A stretch of 63,651 nt of DNA, filler included, from Octopus bimaculoides (GCF_001194135.2; 5 parts of 4 records of this genome joined end to end with filler, not necessarily neighbours in it); one strand, 5' to 3'. Positions 1-14,888 are shown, counted from the first letter of the whole stretch. The notes: generated from the sequence alone by a model not told the origin. Made by a program: numbers and translations.

Positions 1-394
1 ATATATATGTATGTATATCTATCGATATATATTTAGAGATATATGTATACATGTATGTATATATGTGTGTGTGCGTGTGTGTGTGTGTGTGTGCGTGTGT
101 GTGTGTATTTGTGTGTGTATTTGTGCTTGTATGTGTATGTATGTATGTATGTATTATAGAAGATTGGAATTCGAATAGTGTGAAGCTGTTGCTTCAAAAA
201 GACAAAACAACTACTGAGCGACAGACTAGGAATGCGAGAGAAAAACTGGAGAAAAACAAAAACTAATAAATTCAGAGAAAGAAATACAGAAAAACATTGG
301 CAGGGGGGGGGGGATAAAGTGAGGCTTAAAGAAAGAAATTATGTGAATAAGAGAGAAAGAGAAATACACAAGCAAAGATATTGGTAAAAAGGAG

Positions 395-505
<111 letters not shown>

Positions 506-1936
506 TGCATTAGAAATTTATAAAGAAATATACTTAGCTTAATGGAGGAAAGTGTGCGGAATAAAAATATAGAAGAGCGAAAAAATAAGATAAGGGGAGT
601 AGAAATGATAAAATAAATGAAAATAGAAGGTGAGAAAGGAGAAACAAGACACGGAAGGAAAAGGTGGGAAGAGAAAAAAAAGAATAAAAAATAAAGAAAC
701 ATAATTAAAAAGAGTTAAAAGACGGGTGTGAAGAGTGAGTTTTAGAGGGAGAGCCAGGAAGCGGAGAAGGGGACTGTGGTGGAAGAGAGGGCAGAAAGAT
801 TTAGGTAAAACGAAAAAAAAAAAATTAGGCGAAATTAAAGTTTGAATTAAGTCAAAATCACAGAGAGTCAAAGAACGAAGTACAAACGAAATAGAAACAG
901 CAATGGCGTCGATTACGATGATAACGAACTCAGGCGATGACAGCAAACAACAATAACAACGATGTAGACTAGCGCAACATCTAAAAGAACATCATAACCT
1001 AACATAAAGAGTAGAAAGAAAAGTGCTAGAAATAACCCGGTGTTCTATTATGGTGGTTTTCAAAGTCCAGACATCTAAAGGGTGAATGGATTAAATTAAT
1101 TTAAATTGTGCTCCGATCTCAATAAATGTAGATATCTAGGTAAAGTTTCTTAGTCCACGTATTGGAATGAAAGAAGACAAAATATGTTTCGAAATATACT
1201 GGAAAATGTAGGGTTTTTTTTTTTTTTTACTCTCGCTTCTCCGCATCATTTTTTTAATTTTTGATATAGTTTGGTTGTCTAAGATTTCTCTTTTTTCAGA
1301 TTAAACAGATACATAAATATTTTGTAGTTTGTTAGTTAGATAGATAGATAGNNNNNNNNNNNNNNNNNNNNNNNNNNNNNNNNNNNNNNNNNNNNNNNNN
1401 NNNNNNNNNNNNNNNNNNNNNNNNNNNNNNNNNNNNNNNNNNNNNNNNNNNNNNNNNNNNNNNNNNNNNNNNNNNNNNNNNNNNNNNNNNNNNNNNNNNN
1501 NNNNNNNNNNNNNNNNNNNNNNNNNNNNNNNNNNNNNNNNNNNNNNNNNNNNNNNNNNNNNNNNNNNNNNNNNNNNNNNNNNNNNNNNNNNNNNNNNNNN
1601 NNNNNNNNNNNNNNNNNNNNNNNNNNNNNNNNNNNNNNNNNNNNNNNNNNNNNNNNNNNNNNNNNNNNNNNNNNNNNNNNNNNNNNNNNNNNNNNNNNNN
1701 NNNNNNNNNNNNNNNNNNNNNNNNNNNNNNNNNNNNNNNNNNNNNNNNNNNNNNNNNNNNNNNNNNNNNNNNNNNNNNNNNNNNNNNNNNNNNNNNNNNN
1801 NNNNNNNNNNNNNNNNNNNNNNNNNNNNNNNNNNNNNNNNNNNNNNNNNNNNNNNNNNNNNNNNNNNNNNNNNNNNNNNNNNNNNNNNNNNNNNNNNNNN
1901 NNNNNNNNNNNNNNNNNNNNNNNNNNNNNNNNNNNN

Positions 1937-2070
1937 TACATACATACATGCATACATACATACATACATACATACATAGAAATATACATAGATGATAGAT
2001 AGATACATACATACATACATACATACATACATACATGATAGATAGTTAGAAAGATAGAGAGAGAGAGAGA

Positions 2071-2121
<51 letters not shown>

Positions 2122-2124
2122 AGA
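1937..2124. repeat. Compound tetranucleotide microsatellite (CATA)/(GATA)/(GATT)
   Basis: Read directly; abuts the N gap 1352-1936. Confidence 0.95.
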
Positions 2125-2366
2125 TTGATGCTGAATGAATAAATTGAAACACGTCCTCAGATTTAAAGGAATTTAAAAGGATTTAAAGTAGTCAGGTAGC
2201 GGGGATTTATCTCCGCGCTGCGACATAATCAAGAGTTAATTTTGCACCAAAAAGGCAATATGAGAGTTTTACTCGTGGCAACTACCGCAGTAAAGCGTAT
2301 TCTAATAGATCATCCACGTTTAATTGGGGGTGAATAATGCCTCTTGGCATTAATACTGCCTCTGTC

Positions 2367-2410
<44 letters not shown>

Positions 2411-3183
2411 NNNNNNNNNNACCACATCCGGAGCGGAGAGTGTACACCAATTTCATAGCAGAAATTTGTCGAAATGCTTACACTTTGTGAAAAATTCGGA
2501 TCCCGAGTTCAGATAGTCGGTGGAGTTCTTAAATTTAATGTTAACGAACACTGTATTGAAAAGATTTTCTGAAATACAGGAGAAAGATCTTCTGAAACTG
2601 AACAACTGCTTCTAAATTTTAGAGCATAGTGAGTTCTTCTGCGTGGTACCCAAGTTCTCCGTGGTACCGTTAAACCTAGCATTAGTCTATAGAATTTTGT
2701 ATATTATTTCCATTATCCTGTAGAAGTAGAAAGTAAACGTCACTCACGATATCAACTCAGAAATTTCAACGGAAACATTAAGAAACCAAAAGGAACATAA
2801 AAAACTCTTGTTTACATTCAGTTTGTCACGCTCTCTTTTTTTTTTTTTTCACAAAAAAAATCAAATATATCTGAAGAAAAAAAAACACTAATGCTTATTT
2901 ATTTATTTTTTTATTTCTCACCTAAAACTGTCTGATACTTGCTTCGGTATTTCGTCTCATCTTTATACATTAACTGTATTATGTGTATATTTAATTAAGT
3001 GCTGTTTTTCTGATTACTATAATCAGTGTTATTAATGTGTCCCTATTCATGAGTAAATAATATTGATAACAACTATTTATTATATAATTGTAAATAATAC
3101 GTAAACATCTTCATATTCTGTTTTTTCTTCATTATTTTCATCTAATTATTGTTAATCTTTTCATTGTTGTCGTTGTTTGTTAC

Positions 3184-3184
<1 letters not shown>

Positions 3185-3241
<57 letters not shown>
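3185..3241. repeat. (ATA)n microsatellite
   Basis: Read directly. Confidence 0.97.
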
Positions 3242-3343
3242 TCATGATATCAGATCACCATGTTGTGAACATTTGGTTGTGATGCATCTGTCTGGTGTAC
3301 CCTTATCAGACGGGTAGTCGTGATGGGTATACTGGGTTTCGTT

Positions 3344-3600
3344 GCAGTCACGATCGTGAGGTCACGGTTTCAATTCGTAGACAGGCTGGTGGGTTGCGTT
3401 CTTCGGCAAAACACTTCATCTCGCGTTTCTTTGCGATCACTTGGGTGGCTCATGCGTGGAATATCGTACACCTGTTCAGGTAACGTGGATTTAATGGACG
3501 GAGTGAGCTAATGTACATCACGAACATTTGATTACTATAACCAAATCCTTTGTGCAGGTCGTTCGCAAAAGCTAAACACTCGTACGTTGTCTTCGACAAA
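3344..3600 (+). mobile_element. Degenerate tRNA-derived SINE, family C head/centre with a distinct tail
   Basis: cacgatcgtgaggtcacggtttcaattc...gttcttcggcaaaacacttcatctcgcgtt aligns with the head and centre of the full-length copy at 26838-27094. Confidence 0.7.
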
Positions 3601-4082
3601 ATAAATAACCAACAAGCTTCACAAGCACAAGAGCAACAACAGTAAGCATGTTCGTGATGTTTTGGGCATAAACTTGAACAGAGAATAGTAGTGCTTCGTA
3701 AATGTTCTTTACAATAGAAGAAACCACAATCAATCGAGAACATTTTGTTGTAGGTTTGAAAGTTCTAAAGCTGACCCATCAGACAAGATACAGACTTTCA
3801 CAATCAATCACTGGGGCCCAAGTAAGAGTTGCAAACAGCCCTGACATATATTTTAAGTGACATGATTCATTGGATGAGGGAAACATATGGTAACATATAT
3901 CTTACCTTTATAACAAAGGACGAGAAGAAAACGCAAGCCAAATAGTATGCGGCACGCTTGCCCCTAAACTGGTTCAGCAGTATTTGGGAAGAAGGAGCAC
4001 AAAAGTCGCAGCTAAAAATATTGGTGACAATATCAGTTTTTGGCTAATAGTGGGCTTGCGGTACAATATGAGAACGGGTACA

Positions 4083-4214
4083 TAATCTTTTCTGCTCTAA
4101 GCACAAGACCTAAAATTTGGGGGAAATGGTCAGTCGATTCGATCGAGCCAGTACGCAACTGGTATTTTATATGTCGACCCCGAAAGGATGAAAGGCAAAG
4201 TCGACCTCGGCGGA
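4083..4214 (-). mobile_element. SINE family B, 3' portion
   Basis: Reverse complement contains ccgaggtcgactttgcctttcatcctttcggggtcgac, shared with the copies at 19103, 26474 and 56314. Confidence 0.9.
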
Positions 4215-4954
4215 TAAAGGGTACATAACGAAAGGAAAAGAAATACAAGACAAGCAGAAAAAGAAAAAAGAAAAGTAAAAATACGGTAGCAAAGATAAAG
4301 TAGAATTGAAAGCGAGTAAAGGAAATTAAAGAAAAAAAGGAAAGAAATAATAAAAATAAAATGAAACAAAGAAGTAAAACAGTAAAACAAGAGTATGCAA
4401 CAAAAACGAAAAAGTGAAAAATGAATAAAAAAGAATGAAAATGTAAGAAAAAGAATGAAAAGAATAAAATTGAAAACGAAAGAAAAATCAAATAGGAAAG
4501 AAAAAGGATGGGAGGAAGGAAGGAAGGAAGGAATTTATGACAATGAGAGAGAGGGAGTAAGGAGACGGTAAGAAAGGAAAAGCATGTCTAAGTGGGTAGG
4601 AAGAAAAAGAGAGATAGTATAATGAGAGAGGGAAAGGAGAGATAGACAGAAAAAGGTGAAGGAGAAAGAGAGAGAGAGAGTATAAGGGGAGTAGGGGAGG
4701 AGAGAAGAAAGGAAAAGTAAGGTGTGGTGAGAAACGGTGGCGGCTCAGCTGGAATAAATTGAAAGTCTTCGGGGACTCTTCTCAGATTTTAAAACCAAAG
4801 AATGGTAAATATGACGGAAGAATGCACAACCAATGAAATGTGTTGCGGAGAAAAATCTTTTGTTACAACTGTCATGTCATCTATGATGAATTGATAAACT
4901 GGGAGTGGCGATGATAAACATGAATTATTATGTGTGACCATTAGAACGTGTCAA

Positions 4955-4957
<3 letters not shown>

Positions 4958-5030
<73 letters not shown>
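4958..5030. repeat. (GT)n microsatellite
   Basis: Read directly. Confidence 0.97.
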
Positions 5031-5032
<2 letters not shown>

Positions 5033-5098
5033 ACGCTTATGTGTGAGTATATAGAGTACATTGAGAATATATATATATATATGTATGCATGTATATGA

Positions 5099-5514
5099 GG
5101 CGCAGGTGTGGTTGTATAGTAAGAAGCTAGCTTCTCCATCACCTGGTTCCGGGTTCAGTCCCACTGCGTGTCATCTGGGGCAAGTGTCTTCTACTATAGC
5201 CACGGGCCGACCAAAGCCTTGTGAGTGGATTTGGTAGACGGAAACTGAAAGAAGCCCGTTGTATATACATATGTGTATATTTATGTGTGTATGTGTGTGT
5301 GCCTGTGTCATTGTGACTCTGTCTCCGCTCCATCGCTTGATAACCGATCTTGGTGTGTTTATGTCCCCGTAACCTATCGGTTCGGCAAAAGAGTCCGATA
5401 GAATAAATACTAGGTTTAGAAAGAATAAGTCCTGGGGTCGATTTGTTCGACTAAAGCCGGTGCTCCAGCATGGTCACAGTCAAATGACTAAAACAAGTAA
5501 AAAAGTAAAAGAAT
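5099..5514 (+). mobile_element. Full-length CORE-type tRNA-derived SINE (family A, octopus OR-like)
   Basis: tRNA-like head with B box ggttcagtccc, CORE-like ggggcaagtgtcttctactatagcc, internal TA/TG microsatellite, and tail ggtgctccagcatggtcacagtcaaatgactaaaacaagtaaaa. Many related copies occur in the window. Confidence 0.92.
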
Positions 5515-5966
5515 GTATATATATATGTATATACAGAGAGAGAGAGAGAGGGGGGAGAGAAAATATGTTTGTTTTTATGTTGAATATTTTTGTCTTATTC
5601 TCCATGAATCATTTCACTTTATGCTAATCCTATATATTTTTACATCGTATTGGGTCCCCATAGAAATATCGCAATTTATACATTTCGTCTCATTTTGATG
5701 AAGATAATATATATCTACATAATATTATTTCATTATGTTAAATGTATTTATGATAATGAACTGGATTCTGGATTAAGGCGATCGAAGAATTGGGATTTAT
5801 AATACTTATAGTATTGTAAAGAACATCATAAATATTAATTAGATGCAAATTTAGTGGCATTTAACTCAGGCTTTCAATATACACAAGATACTTCGTTGAG
5901 AACCTCACTGTACACAAGGTTTTCCGAAAATTTCTGTGTCGCTTCTGCTGCTTTCAATTTATATAT

Positions 5967-5998
5967 ACGTGTGTGTGTGTGTGTGTGTGTGTGTCTGT

Positions 5999-6047
<49 letters not shown>

Positions 6048-6115
6048 TGTTTGTGTGTCTGTGTGTCTGTGTGTCTGTCTGTGTGTCTGTCTGTGTGTCT
6101 GTCTGTCTGTGTGTT
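5967..6115. repeat. (GT)n/(GTCT)n microsatellite
   Basis: Read directly. Confidence 0.95.
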
Positions 6116-6246
6116 TATGTTGTTTAATGCACGCAATATATATTTCTATGAAAATATATATATGAAAATATATATATTGTGAGCATTAAACAATATTTAT
6201 CCCTCACCAGATGGAGTAATTATTTTGCGGATCTTACCTTCCCGCT

Positions 6247-6282
<36 letters not shown>

Positions 6283-6443
6283 TACTATTCCAGGAATAGT
6301 ACACCATGTGTGTATCCTCTGGATACTGAAAGAAGCCTGTCATATGTGTGTGTCTGTGTGTGTGTCTGTGTGTGTGTGTGTGTGTATGTGTGTGTGAGAG
6401 TATGTGTGCGTGTGTGTGCGTGTGAGTGTGTGTTTATGTGATT

Positions 6444-6610
6444 GTGTCTGTGTTTGTTCCCCACCACCACTCGACAACCGGTGTTGGTGTGTTACTAGTC
6501 TTACACAGAATAAGTCCTAGGGTCGATTTCTTGAACTAAAAACCCCTTTAAGGCTATGCTCCAGCATGGCCGCAGTCAAATGACTGAAGCAAGTTAAAGA
6601 ATAAATGAAT
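6444..6610 (+). mobile_element. Family A SINE, 3' half with internal deletion
   Basis: gacaaccggtgttggtgtgtt joined to agaataagtcctagggtcgatt...ccagcatggccgcagtcaaatgactgaa. Confidence 0.88.
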
Positions 6611-8144
6611 AACGAAAAGATATTTTAGCACATCCTCGTGAAACATTAATATTATGGCAGCTAATACAGTGATTCTTTCTTTGGTAACTAACTCAACATA
6701 ATCAATAACCATTTCCATAATTAATCAATGTTCAGCAATGAGTTTTGACATTTGAATGAAAAGATTCCTTATTAATTGTTTGATGAACGTCTTCGAGATT
6801 TCGGCAAACGAATTCTTTTACAAATAGTTCCATTTTCATTCAGGAGTTCATTTATTTAATGTCGTGCCATATTTTTCGATTGCTCTGGCTTGATTTCTGT
6901 TAACAAAAACTTTTCTCTCGTTGTTTGTTTTTATATCTATTACAGAGCTACAATTACAATTATGGATGGTAATGTGCACAGCAGACTGCAAACACAGGAT
7001 ATTCAAACCCGAGTTGATATTCTAAAGGTGGGAAATTCAGTCACAGGAGTTTCGAAATGTTCATAAATGTTATGATAGTTTAAGACAAATGCATCTACTC
7101 ATGGGAAATAAATATCTTTTTCTCTTTAACAGTTTTCTGATCAACATAGCTTTTGTTACAGGAAAGTGTAGCAACAGCAAACGAAGGTAAACGTGGGAGA
7201 GTTGGGGAAGGTTCCATTGAAAACATAATTACTGTAACATGACTCAAGAGATTACGTGCATTCGCGTCAAGACTATTCAACCTAAACTATGAAGTTAGCA
7301 GTAGTGCCGAGGTTCTGTTTTTGGCTGCTTGGTGAGGTTCAGTTTTCCGAATGTATACTACGAGTTGATCTGCAATGAGGATGTCAAGTTTTGTAAACTG
7401 AGTGAAATGCATCGCTCATACTGTGTTGTGACGATGGTTTCATGGTTTCGGAAAGATACTTCTCTACAAGTCAAACTTGACCTACATTTATATCATTTTC
7501 CACGTCAAAGTTGTTGATACAAACTGGTAGGATGATAGAAGATTAGTCAGCTTTGCTTGTTATTTTTATAAAACTACGGGGTCTTTTTTCTTTGTAAGCG
7601 TATTTAAATTTATGTGTAAAAAGTAGCGAAATATATGTTCACAGATGAAAGTGCGACTGGTACGTTATCAGCAGTAATGTGTTATATGGTATCACGTAGC
7701 GATTTAATCAATGAAATAACGTCCATCTTGTATTTCAATTCTGCTATCACGCTAGTGATATTCAGATTATTCTTTTGCATTTTAAAAAGTTTTGTCTAGG
7801 AATATTTTATGAACTTTCTTTTTACTTGAACTATTTTCCGTTCAAGGGTATAAGAAATTGTTAACGCCACAGGATCCGCGTGTAATGTATTTCTTCGCGA
7901 GTTCATGTATTTCCCCATTTCCATTTTCGTCTAGAATTTCTACTGAGACTAATCTACCAGAATTATTTCAATTTCTTATTTTATTCATATTACAGTATAA
8001 CAATAAAGATGACCCCGTTTGTAAAATTCTGTTACATGGACGTGCGCAGCAGGAAAACTAATCATTCAATATTTCAGCAATGTGAGTTTTACACACTCTA
8101 GCCATTAAGTGTTGCATTATTTTCCACATTCATATTTAGTAAAT

Positions 8145-8255
8145 CTAGTCGAGTTAACGGTTCCTTGTGAAGATAACATGGATACCGCGCGGGCTCGAAA
8201 GATTGACCGTTATGTAAACCTCCTCGAGAAATGTGAAGATGCAGGCTGGAAATGT
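8145..8255 (+). mobile_element. Fragment of a REL (PD-(D/E)xK) endonuclease from an R2/NeSL/HERO-type non-LTR retrotransposon
   Basis: Translates LVELTVPCEDNMDTARARKIDRYVNLLEKCEDAGWKC, matching the ELTVPxE...RK..KY..L...C...GW motif. Confidence 0.8.
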
Positions 8256-11200
8256 TGTTGAAAATTTTCTCTTATTTCTTCTTCATCTTCCACCGTAGTT
8301 GTTTATCAAAGCACATCATATAACTGTGCCACCTAATCAAAACGATGATAGACTTATGAGACCCTTATTAGCGATCTTATATTGTTTAAGATGTCTCTAT
8401 ATTCTTGAAGGACTCTATTTTCCTTGATAAACGCAGTACCGATCTCATTACTTATAGCTAAAGGATACAACATAATGGCAAAGCCTCGTCTCTTGTACAG
8501 TTCATATATATATATATGAGGAGCTATATCGTTTTTGAGCACGTGTCTCTGTTCTTATAACTCTGCCAGACTCATATGGTATTGGTTGCAGTAAATTATT
8601 ATTTCTTGTATTGTGATGAANNNNNNNNNNATATATACATATATATATATATGAGGAGCTATATCGTTTTTGAGCACGTGTCTCTGTTCTTATAACTCTG
8701 CCAGACTCATATGGTATTGGTTGCAGTAAATTATTATTTCTTGTATTGTGATGAAATTATTAGACGAAGATTTTGGTATCTTGAATTTAGTTACTGCTAC
8801 ATCTCTATCAATAATGTAAAGATAGGTATGTGTTTAGCGACAATTTTCCGGATTCAGAATGGAGGTAGAATCGTACAGCTGTCCTTTAATTCTATAGCAT
8901 CAAAGTGCTTTCCTTATTGTTCAAAGGAAACTATGAAATTATAATTTTAGATATTTTTGCTGAAATTATTAACTTTCACACTATTCGTACCAAGAAGTAT
9001 TTTGAGTTTATAGGATAAAGCTGAAAGGAAAAGAAGGCACCATCTACCAGTAGGGAAACAGTTTTAAGTCACGTTTCTGTATCACAAAGTGTTACAATGA
9101 AGGCAACAATTCGCCATTTCTCTGCTGCTGAAGAGTTAACTTAACTTTTCATCATTTTGGTGTATATTCATGGAAACACCAAATCGTTGTTGACTTCCAA
9201 TATTTGTCAAACAACTGTTTTTTCAGACATCTTTCCACATCACATTCGATTCCTTTGTCGAAATAACTTTTTTATAATATGCCTACTATCATTCGTCTAT
9301 ATTATTTCGTGGCACATTTTCTGTCTCTCAATGTTGTCGCAGATAATCAGCCAACTATTTATGATTATTTACCGTTCATGATTTCCCTTCGTTTCTGCAG
9401 ACTTTGTCTTTGATCCTAACGCAACCCACCACTTTTTTGCTCAGTTATGCTGGCTCTTTTTTTCTATTCATTGATTTTTGTCTTAGGATTTCTTTTATCT
9501 CCCTCTCTTTGTTCTTCACTAATTCGTCACATCTATATTCTCGTTCATGCACTTGTCACTTCAAGTCTTTGATTTCCTTCCATGGTAAAGATTTTTGTTA
9601 TATGAAGTGAAATTAAAATCTTCAGAAGTGTAAAAAAAATATACTAACACATAACAAGGAACTAAGAAAACCTTCCTTATTGCCTTACAGTTTGTCCCTT
9701 CTGACTATAACAAAGGATAATTGTTACAAATAAAAATATTTTCATTTGAGAGCATCTGATTCGTCTGGTTCAAACCATCGATTTTGTTGCATAGATGTAT
9801 TTGTTTCAGTGTTAGGTGAGAATAACATGTGTGACGAAAAAGACTTGTTGAAATGTAAGATAAAAGATAGTAGAAGATAACTGGAATCTTCCTCTTGTAC
9901 CGTCTGCCTTTCAACTGTAACAAATGAAAATAACATTTGAGGTGGTGAAAATTCCACATTTTTTCTGAATTGTTTTTTATTCACATTTTGCTGCATAAAT
10001 TTATAGGTCTTCATAACATTGCTTATTGTGCGAGAGAGTTTTTTTTTATGATAATGAGCTAGAATATATTAGAACAGAAATGTTTGAAGATAAGTTGATT
10101 AAATTACAAAATTCTGATATACATATATGTGTGTGTATGTGTGCGTGTGTGAGCACATCGCGCGTATGGGTGTATGTATGTATGTATATATATATANNNN
10201 NNNNNNNNNNNNNNNNNNNNNNNNNNNNNNNNNNNNNNNNNNNNNNNNNNNNNNNNNNNNNNNNNNNNNNNNNNNNNNNNNNNNNNNNNNNNNNNNNNNN
10301 NNNNNNNNNNNNNNNNNNNNNNNNNNNNNNNNNNNNNNNNNNNNNNNNNNNNNNNNNNNNNNNNNNNNNNNNNNNNNNNNNNNNNNNNNNNNNNNNNNNN
10401 NNNNNNNNNNNNNNNNNNNNNNNNNNNNNNNNNNNNNNNNNNNNNNNNNNNNNNNNNNNNNNNNNNNNTATATATTACATATATGTGTGTGTGTATATAT
10501 ACATATATATAAATGTTGTGTATGAATATATATGTATGCATGTATGTAGCATGTATGTATGTATGTATGTATGTATGTATGTATGTATGTATGTATGTAT
10601 GTATGTATGCACGTATATGTCGAAACTTTTACTGTACACAATCGTCGTAATATTTTTCTCCACTCTCTATGGGTTGCCACCTTCCGCACTAAAACTTGTT
10701 AACTTATTCTCTTTCCGCGTTGCCTTCTGATAAAATATATGTATAATAATCGAGGCTAACACAAGGTTATATTTTCTTAGAAAAGGAAACGTTCGAACGC
10801 CTTTCGCGTCAAACCGAATAATATTACAGATTGTAATTCTGAAATTAAATTTTTCTATTTTATTGGGTTCTTTGCAAGAAGAGATAATTTTCACATTATC
10901 TACCAACTATTTATTGCTGCCACTAATATTATTATATCCGTATGTGAATTCAATTGTGAATTCATTTATAGAAATTTGATTCCAAAGATATCCGAAGATA
11001 GAGTATATTCGAATATATGAAAACCAGTATCACTTCCAAGGTGTTCGATCTGCCACTTGGTTATGGAAGTAAAATATATGTGTGCGTGTGTGCGCGTGCG
11101 TGTGTGCGCGTGCGTGTGTGCGCGTGCGTGTGTGAGTATGTTTTTGTGCTTGTACGCATACATACATGTACACATGCATACACACACACACACACACACA

Positions 11201-11535
11201 CATATATACATATACATGTATACATATACATATATATAGATATATATGTGTGTGCGTGTGTGTGTGTATGTGTGTCTTGTGAAGGTGCGTAGCCTAGTGA
11301 TTACGCACATGATCATACACAGACACACTCACACATACACACACTCAAACGCATACACTCACGAACTCACACATTCACCCTCACACACACACGCGTGTCC
11401 GACAAAATTTCGCTCAGAGATACCTTGGGAACTGAAATAGTAAATAAGAAGAAACACTTTATATATACAGAAATCTCGACAAGAAGACAGGACTACTAAA
11501 AAGTAAATAGTTCTACCAGTGGCAATGTGTTAGAT

Positions 11536-11722
11536 CAAGGGTCTCCAAAGGGGTCGATATCGACCCCTGGGGTTTGATGGAACTATTCAAGGGATCAAAA
11601 ATTCCTGGAACTGCACATCTACTTATTATTAGCTATATATTTTCTCGTACATGCCGAGAGGTTGATGAGGAGTCAAGGATTCCATGAAGAGGTCAATGGT
11701 ATAAAAAGCTTGAGGACCCCTG
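11536..11722. mobile_element. Putative hAT-type MITE (187 bp)
   Basis: Imperfect TIRs caagggtctccaa / ttgaggacccctg (10 of 13 match the reverse complement) and an internal perfect palindrome ggggtcgatatcgacccc. No clear 8-bp TSD. Confidence 0.6.
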
Positions 11723-12223
11723 TGGACGGAATTTTATATGGTAGTAAATGCAGTAGTTGTGATGATAACTTTAATAGTGATCGAAATAATTATGATGTTG
11801 TTGAAAGGAATGGCGGCACAAGCAGTGGTAATTAGTTGGTGTAGAAGTGAAAGTCGAAAATGGAGATTGAAGCGTTGGTCTTGATGCGAAGTTGATGGCG
11901 GTAGTAATGATAATAACAATGTAGACGATCTTAAAGATTATAATTTTGATAATACAGATATACGAGTGATTGTGGTAGATATTAAACAGGGTAGTTTTCT
12001 GTCATAGTCCCAACATATTACCCATTGACACTGCATGCTTTTGATACAATGCTGTAAAAATCTTTTATCAGATTTATTTCTAGCTATGGCGGATAATGAT
12101 TAAATGCTAGATTTTTCTAGATTCAATCCCATATATTTTTGGAATGCCTCCATGTCACTTTTATGAGCTGTCCCTTCTCTGTCGATGATTGATTAATTTT
12201 GACTAGATTTTTAAAATCTTTTA

Positions 12224-12283
12224 TCTTTTATCTCTCACTTGTTTCATTCATTAGACTGCGGCCATGCTGGAGCACCGCCTTGG
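12224..12283 (-). mobile_element. Family A SINE 3' tail
   Basis: cttgtttcattcattagactgcggccatgctggagcaccgcc is the reverse complement of the family tail. Confidence 0.88.
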
Positions 12284-12301
12284 AGAAAAAAATATATATG
12301 T

Positions 12302-12303
12302 AC

Positions 12304-12359
<56 letters not shown>

Positions 12360-12392
12360 GGATGGATGGATGGATGGATGGATGGATGGATG

Positions 12393-12459
<67 letters not shown>
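12302..12459. repeat. (GATA)n/(GGAT)n microsatellite
   Basis: Read directly. Confidence 0.97.
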
Positions 12460-12705
12460 GTCTTCAAGAAGGACCTAGACACCCTCCTCTCCACAATACT
12501 GGATGAACCAACAGCCCGACATGAGGTACAGACGAGGGCAGCGGAATCAAACTCCATTATACACCAAATGTACCTACAGCTGGGACAAAGGCACATACAG
12601 GAGTGGTAATGTAAAACACCCAGACTGAGGAAGTCAGAAAGACCATGGTGGTGCTCCAGCATGACCACGGCCGCATGGCTGAAACGAGTAAAAGCATAAA
12701 AGAAT
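12460..12705 (+). mobile_element. 5'-truncated CR1-group (jockey superfamily) LINE 3' end: ORF2 C-terminus, 3' UTR and tail
   Basis: 12460-12609 translates VFKKDLDTLLSTILDEPTARHEVQTRAAESNSIIHQMYLQLGQRHIQEW*, matching the FK..LD..L..I.DEP...RAA.SNS C-terminal motif. The tail resembles the family A SINE tail. Clade assignment is from memory. Confidence 0.8.
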
Positions 12706-12730
12706 ATATATATATATATATATATATATA

Positions 12731-12870
12731 CGATGAGCTTCTTTCCGTTTGCCAAATCCACTCACGAGGCTTTGGTCGTCTCTAGGCTTTTGTAGAAGAC
12801 ACTTGTTTAGTGTACTACGCAGTGGAACTGAACCCGGAATCATGTTTCCTATCACAGCCACGCCTATGCC
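12731..12870 (-). mobile_element. Family A SINE 5' half
   Basis: ccaaatccactcacgaggctttggtcg...gtagaagacacttg...gcagtggaactgaacccggaa is the reverse complement of the head and CORE region. Confidence 0.88.
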
Positions 12871-13090
12871 TTTATGTGTGTACGAGTGTGTGTGTGCGTG
12901 TATGTGTGAGTCCACATCATCATCATGATCTCATCGAGGTTGCTTTGCCCTATTTCATCTTTTATTTTATCCCCTTCTTTTTACTACATTCATCCTTGTT
13001 TTTCTAGTTTTTCAGTTGTACTTTTAGGAAGAAATGTACTGCTTTGTCTATATTTTGTAAGTACTGCCAGTGGTATTGTTTCTTAAATGA

Positions 13091-14888
<1,798 letters not shown>

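Noticed and set aside
3558-3641. 84-nt segment with good splice sites and an open frame (SFAKAKHSYVVFDKINNQQ...)
   Set aside because: It overlaps the tail of the SINE at 3344-3600, so it is most likely repeat-derived. Exonisation is not excluded but unsupported.
8510-8755. Apparent 110-bp tandem duplication
   Set aside because: Exact copies flank a 10-N gap, typical of an unmerged contig overlap.
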